NCBI GenBank assembly: GCA_965648915.1
Contig: CBFGIV010000052.1
Coordinates: forward strand, 1-16,305
Length of the DNA: 16,305 nucleotides
From: a candidate division WOR-3 bacterium
Lineage (GTDB): Bacteria > Hydrothermota > Tepidihabitantia > SM23-42 > CAYGYG01
Direction: 5' to 3'
Shown piece by piece: positions 1-7,862 of this stretch. Within the stretch, counting starts at the first letter, position 1, and each line of letters starts with the position of its first letter. The notes beneath the pieces were generated by a model, which was not told the DNA's origin, ran no database searches, and saw only the letters and a program-made list of their open reading frames with translations. The translations under genes and the position numbers were made by a program.

Positions 1-2
1 CC

Positions 3-152
3 TATAAAGGCAGAGTTTTCCAATTGACGGACTTTCGGTATCGAGCTTATTGGGGTAATACTGAGCTTTTACTTAAGATTGTCCCTAAAAAGCAAATTAG
101 TGTCTTTTATGATGATAAATTCATCCAAAAATTTCCTTATGATGGTGAATAG
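3..152 (+). CDS. C-terminal fragment of a putative transposase (5' end outside window)
   Basis: Frame 3 is open from the window start: YKGRVFQLTDFRYRAYWGNTELLLKIVPKKQISVFYDDKFIQKFPYDGE* (TAG 150-152). It resembles the beta-rich C-terminal tail of IS481/IS1202-like DDE transposases. No catalytic residues are visible. Confidence 0.5.
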   Translation, partial: YKGRVFQLTDFRYRAYWGNTELLLKIVPKKQISVFYDDKFIQKFPYDGE

Positions 153-188
153 TATTGATTTTCATAAAAATCTAATTAAAATAATAAA

Positions 189-232
189 AAGGGGACATGT
201 CGCTGTGCAGTTAAGGGGACATTTTAGCTGTG
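189..232 (+). repeat. Tandem imperfect direct repeat (putative transposase binding sites)
   Basis: AAGGGGACATgtcGCTGTG (189-207) and AAGGGGACATtttaGCTGTG (213-232). Confidence 0.75.
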
Positions 233-274
233 GCGTAACACTATTTAATTTACTTATTTAAATGCAAATAAATC

Positions 275-302
275 TTGAATAGTTTTAGAGCGTGGTTATA
301 AT
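275..302 (+). promoter_or_regulatory. Sigma70-type promoter, probably giving a leaderless mRNA
   Basis: TTGAAT (275-280), 16-nt spacer, perfect TATAAT (297-302), then 6 nt to the ATG at 309. No Shine-Dalgarno sequence. Confidence 0.6.
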
Positions 303-308
303 AAAGTT

Positions 309-3212
309 ATGAGGATAGATCGGTCGCTTCTCCTGTTATTGTCAATTCTCATCTTCTGTTCGTTTGCCGGTGATGAGCAGGACTACTATTTTATCCGTTC
401 CCTTTTTAATGATAAATCGTATAATCTGGTGATCCAGGAGGCGGACCGTTTTCTCGGTGAATATCCAGAAAGCAGATATCTTGAACGGGTCTTATTTATC
501 AAAGGGGAGAGTGAATTTAAGGTCAAAAACTTCAATGGTGCGATAATTTCTTTTAAAAGATTTGTTAAACTTTTTGCCCAATCAGATTTTTTTGATGACG
601 CCTTTTTAAGGATCGGTCAGGCATATTATCACCTCGCTGAATATGATAGTGCGATTCGCTCCTTTAAACAGATTCCGGTTGGTCCTAACTATTATAATGC
701 CCGCTATATGATCGGCGAGTCTTTCTATCGCAAAGGTGATTATCGATCGGCAATTCTGTTTTATCGATCGGTTCTGGATAGCAGTGATAGGGCGGATGAT
801 ATACCGCTCTGTCTCTATTCCTTAGGCTATTGCTACCAGAAACTTAAGGATTATTCTGAGGCAATAGAGCTGTTTGATTCTCTAATATCAACCTACCCAC
901 AGCATCATCTGACAATGGATGCGGCCCTGGCTAAAGGAAGTTGTCTGGTTGGGCTGGGTAAGATTGAAGAGGCAATAAGATATCTTGACAATGTCTCAGA
1001 ACAGGATGAGCGGGTTGCGGCCCAGGCTAAAGTTATGATTGCTGAAATCCTCATAGGAAAGAAGGAGTTCGAGCGGGCCCGGATTCAGTATGAAAGGATA
1101 ACAAGATATTATCCGGAGAGTGAATATGTTGATGATAGCCAGTTTGGTATAGGTCTGACCTATTTTTATGAGGGAAATTATGTGCGCGCCATCGATGTCC
1201 TTGAAGATTTACTGAAGAGATGTCAGGATGTAAATCTGAGCAATAAAACAAGATATTACTTAGGCCTTGCCCTGATCGAGAATAAAGAATATTCGAGCGC
1301 CCGGGAGTATCTTAATATGGTGCAGGCCGATCTGGCGCTTGAGGCAAGATACCAGATAGCCCTGAGTTACTACTATGAGAAGAATTATCCTGAATGTTTA
1401 AAAATAAGCGAGGGAGTCCTAAGAGATTCATTGCCAGATTCAATCCGCGTTAATTTTATTATTCTTCAGGCCGAGGCCTATTATGCCTCCGGAAATTATA
1501 AGGATGCAATTGACCATTTTGTTAAGATTAAAAAGCCGGAAGCGATCTTCCGTGCCGGTATGATCAGTTATAAAATAAAGGATTATAATCGGGCATTAGC
1601 CAATCTCGAGGAGGCAAAGGACGGCCTGCCCGATTCCCTGGCAGCCGAAGCGATCTTTTATTGTGGGGAGTGTCATTATAAATTGAACAATCTCGATGAG
1701 GCAAAGAAGAATTATAGACTGATTATCGAGCGCGATATACCATCAAAACGGAAGGCTGAAGCCTATTATGGATTGGGCTGGGTTGAATTCCAGCAGGGTC
1801 GATATCTCGATGCAATAAAGAATTTTAAGAAGATTTTTAGTGAGTTTCCTCAAAATTATCTGGTGCCCGAGGCCCTGATTAAGATCGGCGACTGTTACTT
1901 CAATATCAAGAGTAATGAAGAGGCAATAAATTATTATGAGGAGGTGATCAAAAATTATCCCTCATCCCAATTTACCAATCAGGCGGCACTCAAGGCGGGT
2001 AATGCCTGCTTTCGTCTGAATCGGTTTGATGAGGCGCATGATTATTACATAAAAGCCCGAAACGATACTTCCCTGGCCAGTCAGGTGAATTATCTAATCG
2101 GTTTAACTTTTTTCCGGAAAGGTAATTACGAGTCAGCGATAAAGGAATTCGCCCGGGTGAAGGAGTCAAATCCACTCTACTGGCCAGCACGTTATGCTAC
2201 TGCTGATGCCTATTACAATCTTGGAAAATATGCTGAGGCGAAATGGATATATAAAACAATTATCACCAGAGGTGATTCAGCGCTGTTCGCTCCGGCGGTT
2301 GATGGTCTGATCTGGACTTATGAGAAGGTAAATCTCCCGGACGAGGCAGTAAAAGAGATTGAGGCACTCATTGCCCAGATCGAGGATAGGGAGAAGAAGA
2401 TCGGTCTGTTGTTCAAGAAGGGGAATCTCTTATATAATAAAGGACGCTATACTGATGCGGCGTCTGAGTTCGGAAGGGTGATCAGTAATTATCCTGAATC
2501 AGACCGCATCGATGAGGCGATATACTGGTCTGGGTGGTGCTGCTACCAGGTTAAAGATTATGAGAAGGCTCGAGCATATTTCCGGGAACTGGTAGATAAG
2601 TTCAAGACAAGCAAATATTTTGATGAAGCAAATTTTTTAATCGGGAAGATCTCCTTTGAGATGAAAGAATACAAAATAGCAATCCGCCATCTGGCGATGA
2701 TTAAAAGCGATGTGCCCAAGCCCTATCAGGATTTAATCCATTTTTATTTAGGCCGGGCTTATTACGAAATGGGCGAAAAGTCACGGTCGATTGAATTATG
2801 GTCAACAGCGTTGAACACCTACCCGGAGAGCGATGGCGGAATGCGCGCGGCACTGGAACTTGGCAAGATCTGGCTGGCCGAGAAGAGATTTGATCAGGCA
2901 CTGGGTTGTTTCAGGAATATTGTGAGCCGGCGTGCCGATGAGGTGGCAGTTGAAGCCCAGTTTAATATTGGTGAGGTCTTTTTTACGAAGGGCGATTTTA
3001 AGAATGCGGCCATCGAATATCTGCGTCTATCGTATGTTTACAGCAAATTTACGGATTGGGTATTAAGGGGACAGATCCAGGCAGCCCGGGCATACATCAA
3101 GATCGACGAAATTGAACCGGCAAAGAGCCTGTTAAATAAGATCATAGAAAAACATCCTGACACACCTTACAGTCAGGAGGCGAAAGATCTCTTATCCACT
3201 ATATCTCATTAG
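309..3212 (+). CDS. Large exported tetratricopeptide-repeat protein (CpoB/BamD-like TPR repeats)
   Basis: 967 aa with an N-terminal signal peptide (MRIDRSLLLLLSILIFCSFA). TPR repeats run throughout, with recurring A-x-Y-x-x-G..Y..A..F...YP(E/S)S patterns. Confidence 0.9.
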   Translation: MRIDRSLLLLLSILIFCSFAGDEQDYYFIRSLFNDKSYNLVIQEADRFLGEYPESRYLERVLFIKGESEFKVKNFNGAIISFKRFVKLFAQSDFFDDAFLRIGQAYYHLAEYDSAIRSFKQIPVGPNYYNARYMIGESFYRKGDYRSAILFYRSVLDSSDRADDIPLCLYSLGYCYQKLKDYSEAIELFDSLISTYPQHHLTMDAALAKGSCLVGLGKIEEAIRYLDNVSEQDERVAAQAKVMIAEILIGKKEFERARIQYERITRYYPESEYVDDSQFGIGLTYFYEGNYVRAIDVLEDLLKRCQDVNLSNKTRYYLGLALIENKEYSSAREYLNMVQADLALEARYQIALSYYYEKNYPECLKISEGVLRDSLPDSIRVNFIILQAEAYYASGNYKDAIDHFVKIKKPEAIFRAGMISYKIKDYNRALANLEEAKDGLPDSLAAEAIFYCGECHYKLNNLDEAKKNYRLIIERDIPSKRKAEAYYGLGWVEFQQGRYLDAIKNFKKIFSEFPQNYLVPEALIKIGDCYFNIKSNEEAINYYEEVIKNYPSSQFTNQAALKAGNACFRLNRFDEAHDYYIKARNDTSLASQVNYLIGLTFFRKGNYESAIKEFARVKESNPLYWPARYATADAYYNLGKYAEAKWIYKTIITRGDSALFAPAVDGLIWTYEKVNLPDEAVKEIEALIAQIEDREKKIGLLFKKGNLLYNKGRYTDAASEFGRVISNYPESDRIDEAIYWSGWCCYQVKDYEKARAYFRELVDKFKTSKYFDEANFLIGKISFEMKEYKIAIRHLAMIKSDVPKPYQDLIHFYLGRAYYEMGEKSRSIELWSTALNTYPESDGGMRAALELGKIWLAEKRFDQALGCFRNIVSRRADEVAVEAQFNIGEVFFTKGDFKNAAIEYLRLSYVYSKFTDWVLRGQIQAARAYIKIDEIEPAKSLLNKIIEKHPDTPYSQEAKDLLSTISH

Positions 3213-3243
3213 TCTCCTCTTTCTCCAGACACCGGCTCGGCCC

Positions 3244-4683
3244 TTGCAGTTACCGGACATAATGATTTTTGGTCTGGATACGATCAAGGTTTATGGAGAG
3301 AGAATGTATGAACCAGAACCTTTGTTTTTTAATTTAAATCTGGTCTGGTTGCCAGGTCAAACTTTTTCCGAATTATATCAGATTAAAAAGACCGGCATTA
3401 TTGAGGATTTTGCCAGAAGTTATCACCTTGAAGCAAGGGCCGGATGGGGAAATGGCGGGCATCAGATCTACCATTTAGGATATTTGGGGAAGAGAGATGT
3501 TGAAAAGGGTTCAGTCTTACACTATGGGGCTGAAGTCGGTATCAACACCTCAAGACTTCCACCGGATGATCTCCGCTATCGATACTTTTCAGTCAGGACC
3601 AATTGGTTGAGACAATTTTCTCTGGTCACTCAGGGCGGATATTCGGATTATCGGCAGGCGATTAATGCCTGGGAATGGCCGTATACCAGGAAGGTCCGCT
3701 GTATTGGTCTTGCAAATCATTTCACTTATGACCTGGGTGGTGAATACTATATTACGGTCCCTTCAGATTTTGAAAGGATCGATTTAGACGATCGATCCGA
3801 AGTAACCGAAAATCGATTCCGAATCGCACCGCGCCTCGAGGCCGATTTTTCTTCTTTTTTAAGTGCCGCAGGTATAAAATTCGAACTCTCAAGTGAATAT
3901 TTTCTCTTCGGTCCCAATGTTGAATATGTCCGATGGTATCCACAGCCGGACTTTTATCTCAACCAGATTACCCTCAGGTTCGGTTATGTATATATCGATG
4001 ACCGGGCAAGACAGAACTTTCTGTTCCCGGAAGCAAGGCTGGATTTCTTTGATGGTAAGATCAGTGTCGATGTGGGCCGTGGCTACCGGGTGTATGATTG
4101 GATCAATGAATTTAAAGAAAGTCGGCTTACAGCGCGGGAAAATATTTTACCATCTCCGGCCGATTCATCAGTTATTGAAAAGGATTTAATACGGATAGGA
4201 AGTGATCTACGCATCCATCCTGCTCAGATTACTATCCGGACAGAATTTCGCAGGGTTGATCAGCCTTTTTACTGGACAAAAGATTTCGGGGAGATACTTG
4301 TATACCATACTCGAGTTCCGAAGGATGTGAATATTTTATCGGCAGCCGTTTCTTGGGAAAAGAGATCTGGCTGGTTGCAGGGCCGATATATTGTTGCCAG
4401 TGAAGACCTCCCCGGTCTCTATCGGCTGGAAATGTCTGGAGGGGCGAACTATTCTTTTGATCCAGTTGCTGATCTGGATTGTGATTTTAAATTTTTTCTT
4501 CTACCTTACATTGCTGGAGATGATAAGAGCATTCTGATATGCGATGCGGGAATCGAACGGAATATTCTGAATCTCTTTACAGCAAGTTTTGAAGTAAAAA
4601 ATATTTTTGATCAAGAGTATATTATCTGGCCGAACCTTGAAACGGGCCGGCAGTTTCTCTTTCAGATTAAGACCCAGATTTGA
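3244..4683 (+). CDS. Putative outer-membrane beta-barrel protein with TonB-dependent-receptor-like C-terminus; true start probably upstream (3187 or 3208)
   Basis: Aromatic-rich alternating beta-strand pattern. The C-terminus KNIFDQEY...GRQFLFQIKTQI resembles the TBDR terminal NLFD..Y...GR.F motif. The frame is open back to 3148 and encodes a hydrophobic LYLISLLFLQ segment upstream of the TTG. Confidence 0.65.
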   Translation: MQLPDIMIFGLDTIKVYGERMYEPEPLFFNLNLVWLPGQTFSELYQIKKTGIIEDFARSYHLEARAGWGNGGHQIYHLGYLGKRDVEKGSVLHYGAEVGINTSRLPPDDLRYRYFSVRTNWLRQFSLVTQGGYSDYRQAINAWEWPYTRKVRCIGLANHFTYDLGGEYYITVPSDFERIDLDDRSEVTENRFRIAPRLEADFSSFLSAAGIKFELSSEYFLFGPNVEYVRWYPQPDFYLNQITLRFGYVYIDDRARQNFLFPEARLDFFDGKISVDVGRGYRVYDWINEFKESRLTARENILPSPADSSVIEKDLIRIGSDLRIHPAQITIRTEFRRVDQPFYWTKDFGEILVYHTRVPKDVNILSAAVSWEKRSGWLQGRYIVASEDLPGLYRLEMSGGANYSFDPVADLDCDFKFFLLPYIAGDDKSILICDAGIERNILNLFTASFEVKNIFDQEYIIWPNLETGRQFLFQIKTQI

Positions 4684-4687
4684 AAAA

Positions 4688-5929
4688 TCACCCTCTGGTG
4701 ACACGATTAAAGATTCGGGCAATCTCCGCGCTCTGATGGTGGCGATCGAATTTTTCAAAAAAGACTGGATGTCTCTTAAGTTTTCTCTTTTTATATCTTC
4801 GATAGTAAAAAAGGATTGTATCTTTTATGCGCGGGAGATCATCTTGTGTGATATTTTCAACTGGATATGAATAACTACTTCGGGCAATATTGAGTATTTC
4901 ACTCGCCGGGGATGGACCCAGGACGATGATCGGGCAACCGGTCGCAAGGTATTCACACTGCCGGCTGGGAAAGATTTGCGATTCCGGGTCAGTAAGCATA
5001 AGGAGGAGGTGCGAGGTCTTTAATTCCTCGATTGCCCGCTTGTAGGGGAGGTATTGATAGAAGGTAACATTCTGATCGAGTTTTAATTCATGCACGAGAT
5101 TAAACACCTCAGGTATAGTATTGCCGATGAATTTTACTCGAGTTCGAACGCTTATCTTTTTTTCCTCAAGTAAAGCCTTTAATGCCCGGAAAAAGAGTTC
5201 CGGGTTGCGTGATTTTCTTAGTGTCCCAAGATGAGTTATTGTGAAATCAGCAGCCGGTGCAGCGTCTTCAAAATCTGATCGATCATAACCATTGGGAATA
5301 ACTGTCAACCTATTCTTCAGAAAATTGTAGCGCTTGAAAAGGTTATTCTGAATGGCCTGGCTGACAACAATGATATGCTGGCAGTGTTTGACGACCTCAT
5401 ATTCGAGAAATGAATTGATGTAACGATATATTCCCCGGTAAGGGACAAAAGGAAATTCGAGCCAGGCATCGCGGAAATCGACAATTAAAGGTTTTTTTGT
5501 CAGTTGCGCCAGGGCCAGACCGATGAGCAGGGAGGTAAAGGGTGGAGCGGTGGCAAAGATTAATTCGGTTTTACGGGTTAAGTTCAACCCCGCACTGATT
5601 GCTGGTATAAACCAGCCCAATTTACTATCAGGCAGATTAAAGATCCAGTTCAGGGGAGGTGGTGAACCAGTCCACCGGACCGATCTTTTACCCAGATAGT
5701 AGAGGATACGTGCCGGATCAAAGGATTCAGTCCGGATAATCCGGATCGAGGCAACATCTTCGAGCAGAGTTAAATCCCGTGTGTAGTAAGTGATATCTTT
5801 AACGGTCAGGACGACTGGCTGCCAGCCGAATTCGGGCAGGTGGCGACAAAATTTGGATGGTCGAATTGCACCGGGACCTCCTGCAGGAGGGAAATAATAT
5901 GAGATGAACAGAAATTTTCTCAGAGGCAT
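4688..5929 (-). CDS. Glycosyltransferase family 4 (GT-B fold)
   Basis: Motifs ISYYFPPAGGPG, GWQPVVLT, TAPPF, DFRDAW, VIPNGYD and EYLATGCPII. Confidence 0.9.
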   Translation of the reverse strand: MPLRKFLFISYYFPPAGGPGAIRPSKFCRHLPEFGWQPVVLTVKDITYYTRDLTLLEDVASIRIIRTESFDPARILYYLGKRSVRWTGSPPPLNWIFNLPDSKLGWFIPAISAGLNLTRKTELIFATAPPFTSLLIGLALAQLTKKPLIVDFRDAWLEFPFVPYRGIYRYINSFLEYEVVKHCQHIIVVSQAIQNNLFKRYNFLKNRLTVIPNGYDRSDFEDAAPAADFTITHLGTLRKSRNPELFFRALKALLEEKKISVRTRVKFIGNTIPEVFNLVHELKLDQNVTFYQYLPYKRAIEELKTSHLLLMLTDPESQIFPSRQCEYLATGCPIIVLGPSPASEILNIARSSYSYPVENITQDDLPRIKDTILFYYRRYKKRKLKRHPVFFEKFDRHHQSAEIARIFNRVTRG

Positions 5930-6888
5930 CGCTTTATTCTTTTTGCCTCATTGACATAGTCGATAATCTGGGGATATTGCCTGTGGTAACGATAAAAACT
6001 GATTACCTGGTCACAGGCCTGACGTGCCTCTTTATTTTTTTTAATTTCAAAAAAAGAGCGGGCAATACATAACTTGGTCTGAGCAAGATTAGCATAATTC
6101 TTTTCATTCAATGAGTCGTAGATATTATAGAGGCGCTGATAATAAAAAATCGCCCGCTCGTGATTTTTGCTTGCGGTCAGGATGCCCGCCATGGACCAGA
6201 GGAAGGTTCGGCTATTTGAATATCTTGTCAGTAAATCCTCAGCCAGTTTAATTCCTTCAACAAAATTCTTTTCCTGAGTATAGATCCAGACCAGGGCATT
6301 CTGGGCGGTCACCTGCGAATAGATACTTCGATCCCGAGCAACTTTGATCTCCTCAATTCCTTTATTGAAATCGCCAACCAGTTTTAAGACAGGCAGATAA
6401 TGGCTGGCCCTTGCCCAGAAGTAGTCAAAACTCCCGGCACCGAGATAGGCATCGTAAAATTCGGGGTACAGTTCAATCAATCTTTTAAGAATTTTGCCGC
6501 CCTTCAAACCCAAGGAAAAAGCCGTCCAGTAATTTTTCTTAACACCTTCATAGACAGCCCGATAGGTGTAGGATGAACCGAGATAATATAGTGCCCAGGG
6601 ATTCTGGCCATTATTGAGATTTCGCTCGGCGCGAACAACAGCAGAATCGATCAAATGGTAATACTCTTTCTCTCGATCATTACGACAGGCATCCATCATA
6701 TAGACCTGAATTAAGGCTGCCTTGAAAAACCAGCCGGCCGGATTATTCGGATAATTGATTATAACTGAATCAAACCAGGCTGAGGCACTTTCAAATGATT
6801 CAACATAGGCGAAATTTAAACCTCTCTGGATATAATTCTGAACTTCAGGAGGGTTCAGGTCAGCATAGAGATAGAATAACAGGAGCAT
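5920..6888 (-). CDS. Tetratricopeptide-repeat protein, possibly exported
   Basis: Helical TPR-like repeats (YPNNPAGWFFKA; ELYPEFYDAYLGAG). Short hydrophobic N-terminus MLLLFYLYA. TAATG coupling to the upstream gene. Confidence 0.75.
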   Translation of the reverse strand: MLLLFYLYADLNPPEVQNYIQRGLNFAYVESFESASAWFDSVIINYPNNPAGWFFKAALIQVYMMDACRNDREKEYYHLIDSAVVRAERNLNNGQNPWALYYLGSSYTYRAVYEGVKKNYWTAFSLGLKGGKILKRLIELYPEFYDAYLGAGSFDYFWARASHYLPVLKLVGDFNKGIEEIKVARDRSIYSQVTAQNALVWIYTQEKNFVEGIKLAEDLLTRYSNSRTFLWSMAGILTASKNHERAIFYYQRLYNIYDSLNEKNYANLAQTKLCIARSFFEIKKNKEARQACDQVISFYRYHRQYPQIIDYVNEAKRIKRCL

Positions 6889-7862
6889 TATGTTGATTCC
6901 ATTTCCGATGAATCACCGACATTGAGTTTCTTGAAGGAACCCCGGACCGTAGCGCGCTGGCCGATGATGGTGTCGGTGAGGATCGATTTCTCAATCTGGG
7001 CAAATGGATTGATGATTGATTCTTTGATGATCGAAGAATCAATCTTTACTCCTGCTCCGATCGAGACATATGGTCCGACAATTGAGTTCTGGATCTGAGC
7101 AGTGTCATCGATATAACAGGGTGGGATAATGACTGAATCTGCATATGTCCGGCAGTGGTGGCGTTGATTGAGGAGATAACGATTAGCGGTAATTAACGAT
7201 TGGACATTACCACAGTCGAACCAGTTTTCGACGGTAATCGGTTTGAACCGGAAGCCTCTGGTAATTAAGATCTGTAATGCATCGGTGAGTTGATATTCAC
7301 CCCGGGTCCGAATATCCTTATTGATGAGTTCCTGAAGCGCATTACTCAGCAGTTCAAAGTTTGTGAGATAATAGATGCCAACAATCGCCAGATCAGAAAC
7401 TGGTTCTGCGGGCTTTTCAACTACTCGGGCGACATATCCATCCGGTCCGACTTCAACTATGCCATAGCGTCTGGGTTCATCGACTTTCTTAACCCCAATG
7501 AACGATTCCGTTTTATCTTCGAAATAAGTCGCCCAGTCGATAATTGTATCTCCGAGCATAATTAATGTCGCACCGGTCTTGATTGCATCCCGGGCCAGGG
7601 CGACCGCATGCCCCAGTCCCATCTGTTCTTCTTGCTTGATAAATTCAAAATTAAAAGAGTAGTTATTTTTGACATATTCAATAATTGCCTCACCCATATT
7701 ACCGATAATCAAAACAATAGTCTCGGGTTTATATACGGCGATCCGATCAAGGATATGCCCGAGGATGGGTTTGCCTGCAACATGAATAAGGGATTTGGGG
7801 ATGGTATAGGTATGGGGTCGAAGTCTTGTTCCGGTGCCGGCGGATGGGATGATGACTTTCAT
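6888..7862 (-). CDS. Sugar-1-phosphate nucleotidyltransferase (glucose-1-phosphate thymidylyltransferase long-form-like) with C-terminal left-handed beta-helix
   Basis: AGTGTRLRPHT..PK, Q..QMGLGHAV, VEKP, RGEYQLTDAL, WFDCG, plus C-terminal hexapeptide repeats (NSIVGPYVSIG). Nucleotide and sugar specificity cannot be fixed from the sequence. Confidence 0.85.
   Translation of the reverse strand: MKVIIPSAGTGTRLRPHTYTIPKSLIHVAGKPILGHILDRIAVYKPETIVLIIGNMGEAIIEYVKNNYSFNFEFIKQEEQMGLGHAVALARDAIKTGATLIMLGDTIIDWATYFEDKTESFIGVKKVDEPRRYGIVEVGPDGYVARVVEKPAEPVSDLAIVGIYYLTNFELLSNALQELINKDIRTRGEYQLTDALQILITRGFRFKPITVENWFDCGNVQSLITANRYLLNQRHHCRTYADSVIIPPCYIDDTAQIQNSIVGPYVSIGAGVKIDSSIIKESIINPFAQIEKSILTDTIIGQRATVRGSFKKLNVGDSSEMEST

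Larger units (their letters stand above)
1..240 (+). mobile_element. Right end of an insertion sequence, probably IS1202/ISNCY (IS481-related) type
   Basis: A transposase-like C-terminal ORF fragment (3-152) is followed by two subterminal imperfect direct repeats (AAGGGGACAT..GCTGTG). The segment ends in ...GGCGTAACA, matching the TGT...ACA ends and repeated binding sites of this IS group. The left end lies outside the window. Confidence 0.6.

Noticed and set aside
189..232. Possible mini-CRISPR array
   Set aside because: There are only two short imperfect copies with about 5 nt between them and no cas genes. IS subterminal repeats explain it better.
79..261. 60-aa ORF from the ORF track
   Set aside because: It overlaps the transposase-like tail in another frame, runs across the putative IS terminus and has no recognisable protein features.
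241..273. AT-rich stretch resembling a XerD arm (TTATTTAAAT) beside the IS end
   Set aside because: It is an imperfect match with no convincing XerC arm at 6-bp spacing, and is expected by chance in AT-rich DNA.
740..771. Direct repeat TTATCGATCGG x2
   Set aside because: It encodes Y-R-S twice within a TPR helix, so it is a coding coincidence.
4940..4975. GT4 motif PSRQCEYL instead of the usual P-x-K-x-x-EY
   Set aside because: Lys->Arg is conservative and the Glu is retained, so there is no evidence of altered function.
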